A stretch of DNA of 64,000 nucleotides from a virus: IMG/VR virus record IMGVR_UViG_3300022690_000671, positions 15,948 through 79,947 of that record; one strand, given 5' to 3'. The position numbers and the translations under genes are program-made. This document shows, in pieces, positions 10,130-20,700 of the stretch (positions are counted from its first letter, which is position 1; every line of letters starts with the position of its first letter). The notes beneath the pieces are model-generated. The model was not told where the DNA came from, searched no databases, and saw only the letters and a program-made list of their open reading frames with translations.

Positions 10130-11686
10130 ATGGACGAACGAGAACTTCAGAGACTTGTAGAACTTGTAGAAGGGATTATAAGTGGTCCTTTCGGAACTGA
10201 CCCCGAGGCTGAAGCCGCGAGGGCAGAAGCACTATTGGCTCCAGTTTCTTCTCCTACAGAGTTCAGTGCCGCATTAGCAGCGGGTCGTTCTCCTCAGATT
10301 GTTAATCTAGATCAATTTCTTGGCCCAGTTCCACAAGAAACGTTTACTCCAACGCCTACTGAAGGACTAGAAAGTGCTATTCAGGATATTGCTGGAGCCC
10401 AGAGAGAAGCCGCCGCTGCTGGTGTTACAACTGCCGAAGGAGGTCAACGCCTAGCACTTCTAAACTTGTTGAATTCTATTGGCACCAATATATCTCAAGC
10501 CATTGCACCGACGCCAGAATCTCTATCTGCACAGCAAAGTCTTGACGCATCTCAGGGACTTAACCAAGCTCAACTTAATCTTCTAGAAGCTCAAGAACGT
10601 GCATCGGCTACAAATGCCACAGCCGCAGCGCAGCAAAATTTGGCGACGGAACAGTTCAGGTTTAATGCAGCAGAGCGTAATGCTGATATTCAACGAGGAG
10701 TTAATCGACGTAATCTTAAAGCCGAACTTGATCGTAGATTGAGTCAGACCAAAGCTATGGTAGCTTTTGGTGAAAGATTCGAACAGGCTCGGGGCATAAA
10801 ACAAAAGCTTGAACTTGAGAACAGACGAAATGCTCAAAAATTGTTACAAACGCTTGTAAGAGACGATATAACACAAGATCGTCTAGATAGAAGAGCAGCT
10901 ATAACAAGAGCCACTCAACAAAACATTGCGACTACTGCTGATGTTGTTATTTCAAGTATTAACGATGGTCTTGGTCGAGCATTGGGTGAAATAAATGACC
11001 TGGAATTTAATCTTGAAGAATTTAAGTCTGGGGTATGGCCATTTCGTAGTGGAACAAAAAGAGAAACATTTAGAAACAATGTAGATCAGATTTTTACTAT
11101 GTTGAGCGGTGTTCAAAGTCTCAGAGATAATGTTTTAAGTGCATCAACAAAAGACCATGCTGCATTTGAGAAAAAAGGATTTCAACGAGAAGCTGCTGAA
11201 GTAATTGAAAATCTAAATAAAGCTAATTTTATTTTAGATCTTGCTCCTCGTATTCAGGGCAAGGACGAAAGTAATGATGATTATGCTGAATTTTTAGTAA
11301 AATGGAACGTAAGTCCTGACGCAGATCGTTTGAGAAATGCGTTACCGTTATTGCTTGAAGGAGACGTGAATGAATCAGTGAGGGTTGCTGGTGGTCAACC
11401 AACCGCCAATATGACACGAAGTCAAGCTCAACGTATTCAAAATTTGATAAATGATGGTGTATCAGGAGAAGATGCTTTGAGAAGTGAAGGATTCAACGTT
11501 GATTCTCTTCCTGAAGGTACTATAGTTGATGGCGCTGCTATTACTAGAGATCCTACTCAACCAGTAGACGCCACAACGTCTCAACGAGAACGCATCAGAG
11601 GATCTAGTAATGTACTCGCCAAACCTTTAAGTGATCAAGAACTAGACGAACTTTCTGACTTTAAACAAGAACTTGAAAATCAATAA
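10130..11686 (+). CDS. Putative internal virion/ejection protein
   Basis: 518 aa, A/Q-rich and helical; second of three ejection-like genes. Confidence 0.55.
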   Translation: MDERELQRLVELVEGIISGPFGTDPEAEAARAEALLAPVSSPTEFSAALAAGRSPQIVNLDQFLGPVPQETFTPTPTEGLESAIQDIAGAQREAAAAGVTTAEGGQRLALLNLLNSIGTNISQAIAPTPESLSAQQSLDASQGLNQAQLNLLEAQERASATNATAAAQQNLATEQFRFNAAERNADIQRGVNRRNLKAELDRRLSQTKAMVAFGERFEQARGIKQKLELENRRNAQKLLQTLVRDDITQDRLDRRAAITRATQQNIATTADVVISSINDGLGRALGEINDLEFNLEEFKSGVWPFRSGTKRETFRNNVDQIFTMLSGVQSLRDNVLSASTKDHAAFEKKGFQREAAEVIENLNKANFILDLAPRIQGKDESNDDYAEFLVKWNVSPDADRLRNALPLLLEGDVNESVRVAGGQPTANMTRSQAQRIQNLINDGVSGEDALRSEGFNVDSLPEGTIVDGAAITRDPTQPVDATTSQRERIRGSSNVLAKPLSDQELDELSDFKQELENQ

Positions 11687-11707
11687 AAACTTTCTTACTT
11701 TGTAAGG

Positions 11708-14700
11708 ATGGAAAATCAAGAGTTATTAGACCTTCTCCAAGCGATCATAGATCGCCAACCAGAAGGCCCCGCCGATATCGCTCGTCCACAGGACGAAGCT
11801 GCGGCCCCAGAACCATTAGAAATTCTTCCTCAACCAGGAGTATCAACAGCAGAACAACTTGCTGCGGCCCCAGAACCATTAGAAATTCTTCCTCAACCAG
11901 GAGTATCAACAGCAGAACAACTTGCTGCGGCGACAACTCAGGAAGAGGCAGATATTCTTGAACGCCGAGTTTCCGAAGAAAGATTTCAAGAAACAGCATC
12001 TCTCCAAGATTTTCTGAGAAGAAAATCTGAAGGACCATTAACGAGGGTAACAGGACCAAGAGAAGTACAAGAAGAAGATAATCCTGTTGTTGCTCTTCTC
12101 GGAGCTATTGATAAACGTACACAAGAAGACGAAGGCTTCTTTAACGATTTACTTTCGGGACTTTCTGAAGGTAGTCGCATCGTTGTTAGTGATGCTGCAC
12201 GAAATTTTGGATTTCAAGATTTCGCCAATCGATTAGAAGAAACTGCTCCAAGGGAAAGAACAACGACACCCGCCGCAGCCATTGGTAGAGCTATTGTTGG
12301 TGGAACTAAATTCTTCATAGAAGGAGGTTTAAGTCTTGCTTTGGGTCCTGTTTTAGGTGGTTCGTCTCTTGAAGAACAATTTGGTTTTGATCCTGGAGAA
12401 CAACGCGATATTCTAGATGAGATTCGTCAAGTAAAAACAAGACCTGATGATTTTACTGAAGAACAAGTTACGGATCTTGTTAATAGACGAGATGCCGCTC
12501 TTCGTAATACACAAATCTTTGAAGCTCGTCAAATTCTCTCTGAACTGACGCCTGAAGGAACCGGAATCGATGATTTCCTTGAAGGATTCGAACGTTCAAA
12601 GTTTACGATATTAGCTAATGTGGCTGCTGCTTTTGGTGATATAGATGACTTTGAAACGGCAAATAGGTTGCGAGAAATAGCATCGACAGAACAATTCGAT
12701 GCCCAAAGCGCCTATGCTACGGCGGGTGAAATTGGAGCGCAGAGTATTCCTTCTGCTGCTGCTCTTCTCATAGGAGGCCCTGTTGCTGCTGGTCTCATGG
12801 GCGCGTTTTATTTTACCCAAGGTCTTGGTAGTGGACGTACCGTATACAGAGACATCAAGGAAAAGACGGGAGAAGAAGTCAAATTCATTGAAGAAATGAC
12901 TCTGGGCATTGGGTTTGGTTTGGCTGAAATGCTAACTGAACGTTTTGGTCTTAAAGTTCTCGAAAATATTAGTACAAAGTTGGCGTTTGAACTTGGGGAA
13001 AAAGCACTTCTTACACAAATAAGAAAAGGTACACTTACTCAAGCACAAATAGTAGCAATGAGCAAATGGACCGTTGCAACGATGGGCGCAGAGGCATATG
13101 AGGAAGCAGTTAACTCAGTTGCCCAGACCACAATGATTTCCATGTTTGATCCTGAAACGGGCGTAATGGATCAAGGATTATGGGACTTTACCAAGGATTT
13201 AACTGAAGATGCACTAATTAGTGCGGCGGGTGGTGCGTTGGGTGGTGGTTTTGTCGGCCCCGCTGCTAGATTTCGTGGTCGCCAAAATATTAGAAATGCT
13301 CGTCGGGAGTTAAATGAAGCATCAGATGATGAACTCTTTAACGTACTTCAGGATGAGAATGTTAATGAAGGTATTCGCGGTGTAGCAGAAGAAATTTTCA
13401 ATAGTCGTTTGGCTGGACAAGCCCCAACGGTTGACGGCGCTAGACTACCTACGCCTCAAATGACGCCAGAATTTCGTGAGGAGTTTACTGCCGCAGCAAA
13501 CGAAGCGTCTTCAGCAGATTTACAACGAGGTCTTTTAGATGGTCGGTTTACCGGAGAACAAACTGACATTATTATAGGAATTCTTGAACAAAAACCTTCG
13601 GAAGAAGCTCCTGTACGCTTTGGTCCTGAACGAGTTAGAGAACAACGCCGCCGATTTGCGGAAACCCTGGAAGAGGCGGAACGTTTAGGTCAACCCGTTG
13701 AAGAATTAGAGCCTCGTGTTGGTATTCGTACTCAAGTTCCCGGTACGGAGCGTATTGTGCGGCCCGGTGCTGTATTAGAAGGTGCGATTGATATTGAAGC
13801 CGCAAGGCAAGGCGCTGAAATAGTAGATGCTGAAGAGGCAGTTGTAAACCAAGAAAATGCAATTCAGATTTTCAATTCATTTATTGATGCAACAAATCTT
13901 GTAGAGGAAGAAAAAACTAGATTTAAAAATGCCATAATTTTAGCAGATGTTGCAGGTAGACGTGGCACAGAAGAAGAACTACGTTCAAGAGGTATTCTTA
14001 GTGGAGATCCCGGTAGTCCTGTTATTACTATCGGGGATCAAACATATGAAGGTGATACCGCAAAAGAAATGTTGGGCACGTTTCGGATTGGTGCGGTAAC
14101 AGTAGGGTCAAAAGATCAGTTGCGTAATATTTTTCTATTGGCCAATGTTGACGAAACAGACGTACGTGATGAAATATTCCACGCATTTATGGATTTCGCT
14201 CCTGGTGAAGTTAAGCGAGACGCGATTAATGCCTTTAACGAAGAATTCGACACTACATTTAAGACGTACTCGGAGGGACGTGAACGTATGGCCAGGGAAT
14301 TCGCCAATCATTTAGGTGGTATACGTCGTACAGAACGGGGCGGATTCCTTCGTGGCTTGTTCGATACACATAACAGAGCGTGGAGACAAACTATTAATCC
14401 GTTCAAACGCGGAGATGTTGCTGAACAAGTACAGACTGGAGCATTTACAGATCTTCTTCTCAAGATAGGACGAGGTGAGGTTGCTGATCTTGTACAACCT
14501 GGTATTGTTGAGGAAATTGTAGAAGAAGCGGCAGAACCACAAGAAGCGGAAATCCGTCAGGTTATTAACGAAGATTCTGATCGTAGAGCAGATGTTCTTC
14601 GTGAGATCGAAGAAGAAGGACGCCCCTTTGGTATCGGTGAAGTTGCGTTTCAAGCATTAGCACGAGGAGAACCTACAGCGACATTTTTTGCTGAACCAGG

Positions 14701-17700
14701 TGTTGTAGAAGGTGAGGAAGCTATTGAAGGCGAAGCCGCTGTAACACTAACCCGCGAACAATTCTTGGAGCGCTTAACGAACGAGGAAAATATTCGTCGT
14801 TTGGCTCAGAATCAGGCTAATTTAGAACAAAGAACAATTACCGTTCAGATAGATCCCGGTGCAGCGCCAGAGATCTTTACGCCTACGAAGCTACGTGTGC
14901 CTCGACCTGGTCCCGTAACGGAAGCGGAGCGTCAGGAGACCCTGGCAGAGGAACGTATCGCTCGGACGCGACAGCAGCAGCTACAGCGCGTGGAGGAGGC
15001 TGCTACGGTGGCGACGGAGGACCCGTTAACTGCTCTTCGAGAAGCCATAGCCAATCAGGACGTTAATCGTATAGCAGAAATTGTCGATATTAACCCAGAT
15101 GCGTTTGAAACTGCTGATCGACAAAGTCTAATAGAGGAAGCAGAAGAACAAGGTCCAGGTGTTGCGGCATTTGTAGAAAGTCAATTAGCCTTTCCTACGG
15201 AAGCGGTTGAACGTGAGCCTACTCAACTAAGAGTTCCGGTAACACCACAGGTAGATGTTCAGGAAGAAGCCGTACGCGCAGAATCAGCACAGCGTGTCTC
15301 AGAGCGTAATAAACTCGAAACACAACGCACAGAACTTATTAATCAATTTAACGCATCTGAACAATCTGTTCAGGACGCATTGGCCGCCTTTGATGAAAAA
15401 TTTCCAACTTCAACTTCAGCACAAATATTGCAAACTAAGACATCTTTGGAGCAAGGCGAAATACCTGCACCTCTCACAAGAGTCAACCGAAACAACACCA
15501 CGTTGGTCGCTGTTCGTGATGCTATTCAGCGGCTCAATGATGTAAACGATCAGTTAGAACAAGTTGAAACTACTATTGGTGATGTCGAAGGTCGTATGAC
15601 TGGTCTAGAACTCGCCGTAAGTCCAGAAGGCACTACCCCAGAAGAACGAGACGAAATAGCAGCAATTCAGGCGTTACGTCTAGATGAAAACCAGGAAGTT
15701 TCACTCATTCGTCAAGTGTTGGGGCGTCAGTTTGTGACTGATAAAGTCTCGTCAAAATCAGTTGTCGACACAGAAAACGGCACATTTAGGATTGATTTAT
15801 ATCAGGACTTCCGTAATCCCGGACAATCAATAGCTTTTGTTGAGGGCACAATCGTTGAAGATGGCGACGATCCTCATATGCAAATTACAAGTCGTGGAAC
15901 CGAACGTGGTTTCCGTGGTCGAGGGTTTGGTTCGCAACTTCTAGATGAGGCTTTTCAAGAAGCTACGTTCAGAAATATTCCTCTACGAAGCGACAACAAC
16001 GTTTCCGCAGCGGCAGTACGTACATTCCGACGCTTTGGTGAACAAAGCAACGTTGATCTGGTTCAGTCTGATAATACAACAGAACTTCCAGACGGATCTT
16101 TCTTCCTTGCGGGGGATAATCCTAATTACGTTTTCCAACTTACTGTCTCTAGTGACGATCCGCTCCCTCCGGACTTCTTTGGAGAAGACACGCCCCTGGT
16201 AGAAAACGTTGAAGAAGCCGAAGAACAATTCAATGAAGCTACTGCTACACCAGACGAGGATACGACACTGGAAACTGAAGAAAACGTAGTGCGTTTGCGT
16301 ATGGAAGACGAACTTCGTAAGACAAGTGTAGACTTGCAGGGTCCTATTCCATCTGTAGTACGTCGCGACGATCCCAAAGAAGGACAAGAAGATACTATTC
16401 CTGATGGTGTTCAAAGTAGCGAAGAATTTGCTCAATTCTTTGCCGATACCGTAAGAGCAGAAGATGGTGGGGCTCAAAATGTAGAGGATCCTCTTAATGC
16501 TTCGGTAATGGATACAGAAGAACACGAAAGTATTTACGAGACCTACGAAAGCTTTCAGGGTAATTTCGACACTCATATTTCAACCAGTATTCCTGGATTT
16601 GTTGACGCTCAAGTTCGTGTAGTAGATGCTCTAAGTAAAATACTTGAAGAAGGTTCCGAAGTGCTTGATATAGGCGCTGGGGAAAACACATTCCTCAAAA
16701 CGCTACAGGTAACAAGTAGAGCAAATGATCGAAGAATTGAAGGTTTAGGTATTGATTCATCAGCAGCTATGAGAGATGCGGCTAAGAAGCGTCGTGTTCG
16801 TGGAATCAGATTCCGACTAAGTGCGTGGGGCGAGTCTTTTGTAGATCCGGACACAGGACGCAGAGTTAAAGTGTTCGAGGCTGATGATGGAACATATGAC
16901 CTTGTATATGAGGGTATGACCTTTCAGTTCATTAGCGATGATCGCAGTGGGCAGTTAGATGAAGTTGTTCGTATAATGAAGGACGATGGTCTTTTTGTGA
17001 CGTTAGAGAAATTTAATCAACAAAATGAAGATACCTATTTCCAACAGGAAAAAGCCAAAGACGCATTTAAGCTCCTATTCTATGAGCAGAGTGATATAGA
17101 TACCAAGAAAAAAACTGTTCTTGGTAATGCCGCGTCTCGTGAAGGTATGCGTAGCAATATGGTAGATCAGACGACATTCGAGAATTTACTTCTCGACCGT
17201 TTTGAACATGTCGCCCAAATATGGTCATCTGGAAACTTCAGTGGCTACATTGCAACAAATGACAGAGCCAAATTCGATGCGTTTATTTCAAACCTAAGTT
17301 CGACGAATAGTGACTTTGCTGTTAAGCAAACGCCTCATTTAATAAGCGATAGCCCTGCCCAACGCGATGGACTTAATACTGCCCAGCGCACCCAGGAACA
17401 AGAAGTTGAAACTACATTACAAGGAACTCCTGTTGTGGCTCAATGGACCAAGCAAGAGACAGGGCGATACACACACGAAATAGACGGATCTGTTTGGGAG
17501 ATTAAACTAGAAGAGGGCGATTGGAACACAACTCGCGATGGCGTTTCAGTACTCGATCCTACTCGTACACTAAGAGAAGCTAAAACTCTGGTGTCAGAAG
17601 CTATTAATCTCACTCGTAATGATGCACTTCAAGATGATGGCGATTTGATTCAATTTAATCCTCTTAGTCTCCCTGATAATGTAGTCGTTATCGATACAAA

Positions 17701-20700
17701 CACTGATCTTTCGAGAGGTCATATAGGAATAAACGATAGTGACGAATATTTTGCGGACCACATGGGTCATGTTTTCCGTTCTCCTATTGGTAACAGTGTT
17801 GATGAAATTACTCATTATCGTAGAGGTGCGATACTTGTCGGAAAGGTCGAAGATGCAAAAGTAGGACAATTGTTAGACGAAAACAACGTGGAACCGGGCG
17901 ATATTGACGATATTGATCTTCTAGGTCATGAGGTTTGGTCTTCGCTTGTCGAACAACAAGGAGATACACCAGAACCATTAGCAATAGATCCTCTTGAAAT
18001 TACTGAGTTGGCCCTGCGTGGACAAAGAAGCTTCTTACTTGATCTAGGAGGTGAGTTACGTGGTCAATTTCAATCTCCCGGACTTAAAAAGGCTCTTCAA
18101 GCACTTGAAAGAAACGAACGCCCCCAAGAAATACGCTCCATAGCTGAAGGCAATGAGGAGTTAGAAGATTTCAACCGTAGACTCAAAGACTACGCTGCTC
18201 TATGGGATCAACGTGAGGCCATTTTGAACCCTATTACTCCTCTTCGCGATTCTCAGGGTAATCCTGATTGGGTAACAGCAGAGATTCTTATGTTAGATGA
18301 CGATATCAATGAGATCTCTATTGATGATGATAATACGGTTGTTGGTTTTGTTGAAAACGAGAATAGCGAAACGCTTTTTTACAGACGCAACCTCGCCGAT
18401 CAGTGGGAATCTGTAGAAGAGATCACGGAAGAAGAACATGGTAAGGCCCTAGAAGTCGCAGAGAAACGTTTGATGACTATGCGCAATGAAGGCACTGTTT
18501 TCACAATCAACGGCCAAGTTGTTGCAGATCTCAAAGTTCAATCTGCTTCGAAGAAACGTAAAACTGCTGAAACTGCTGCTATTAAAGCAGGGGAAAAGTA
18601 TAAGGGTAAGGCCGAGGCCGCACTAAGAGCGAAAGCTGAATTGGCGTTAAGTATTGTACCAGATGCAATGACTCCCAGCGGGGGACCTGCACTGCGTACT
18701 TTTGTGCGCTTGGTTAACGACTATAGAACTGACGTTGAATCCTATCTCAGGGCAGAAGATGCGTATCACGAGGCAAATATTGGTTTAGAAGAAAACCCTG
18801 AAGACGAGATTAATGACAACGGTCGTGGATTTCGTAGTTTCCGTAAGGACATAGAAGCATATTTCAGTGGTAAAGGTATTGCCATATTTGATGGTAAGGA
18901 TCCTTCTGATCTCGCGAATCGTAGTCTTCAAAAGATGATTCATCAGGAATCTATGGCGAGAGTGAGACTTGAAGAAAACACAACTGCCCCAGAACTAGAC
19001 GAAGAAATTCAACGTCAGATATCTGATGGTGTGGTTAGGGGTTTGAGTCTAACTGAAATTCTCAATGAACTACCAAAACAGAATCCTCAATCTGTTGAAA
19101 ATCTGTACAATGTATTAGCCTCATCCATAATTGGTGTTGATGAGGATATTGATTTTGAAGATCCTCACCTGGACATTAATGACATAGTATCGTATTCTAT
19201 GTCATCGCCATCGCCTCGTGTTCGTGAATCAAGAGCACGGCGCGTAATATCTTGGTTTAAACCTAGTACTCCTAATATACACCGTCGAAATGTTATATCT
19301 ACCTCGTTTCGTCGTCTCACATATCAAGCTGCGAAATACCCTGGCGCAGTGATGAATATTGCTCGTAAAGTGTATGCTTCTCCTGAAAAAAGATTAAGGG
19401 TAGGTGGAGTTCCTAGAACTTTATTTGAAGCAAGAGAATTCGAAGAAGAGAAATGGTTTACTAAATATCTTGATATTCAAGAAGATGCTGATAGGTGGAT
19501 GAAGAATAATGTTCCTATTGGAAACAGAGAAAAAGCATGGGGACGTATTGGTGCATTACAGCGTCAACCAAGTCTCGCAACTGCGACAGATCGCGATCAA
19601 GCATTATTGGGATTTGCAAATCAATTGCATAACCTGATGGAGAAATTTGGCAAATACTTGAGTGATGAAAAAAACGACGATTTCAACCTTCTTTCTGAAG
19701 CCCAACTTATCCAGTTTGATCCTGTAAAGGGAACGCGTTACTTTCCTCGTACCTGGAATGCTATGGAGATGGAGAGAAGAGAGTCGCAGTGGAAGGAAAT
19801 CCTTCGTCGACAATCGCTTCCTATTTTCCGTAAGCGCATAGAAGAAAAACGGAAGGAATTAAATGCCGAACTTCTTGAGGCTGAAGCTGATCTTCAAAAA
19901 GCAATAGATAAGGATTCTGATTCCAGAGCCTCAAAAAGAGGTAGAGACCTCGTCGATATCGTTAAAAATAATTTACAATCTCTTGATGGAACCCTTGACG
20001 AATTTATCGATCAAATATTCAATAAGATTACAAAGGGCGATACCTTTGCTTATGATAAGTGGTTATTTAGCGACAAGAGTCGTCTTATAAGGGAAATGCT
20101 TGATACTTTTCCTAATGCTCCTCGTGGTATCCACGCCAAACAGCGTAAGTTATGGTGGATAAACGAAAACGAATTTGCACAAGCTAATTTCTTGGCTGAT
20201 GATCCGCGTGATGCGTTACCTACGTATCTAAGAAACTTTATTCGTCAAAGAGAATATATTAGACGTTTTGGTCGCAGTAATCAAGAACTTGAGATTACTG
20301 CTAAGGAAATGGAAATTATCGGTAAGGCCAAAGGTTATGATTCGAAAACAATTAAAAGCGACATAGAAGAATTCAAACGAATAATGGAGGGTCTTGCCGG
20401 AGTCTTGCATATCGAAAATATTGCAAGATATCACGGTGCTGATAAAGTTATTCGTTTGAGTCATACACTATCTGTTATGTCCGCGCTAACCTTTACGGGC
20501 GTCACGTCATTTATTGAAACCGCTGCGATTCCTTTAAGATTTGGTTTTGAAGCAGCGGCGTTAGGACTTACAGCACTTCCTGGCTTTGCCAAGGAGAAAA
20601 TGGGTGTACCAGTAAGAGCCTTTATGAAGGGTATTGGTATTATGGTACCAAAACACTTTGGGCGTAGTCAAATTATGGAAATGGGTAGAATGGTGGCTGT

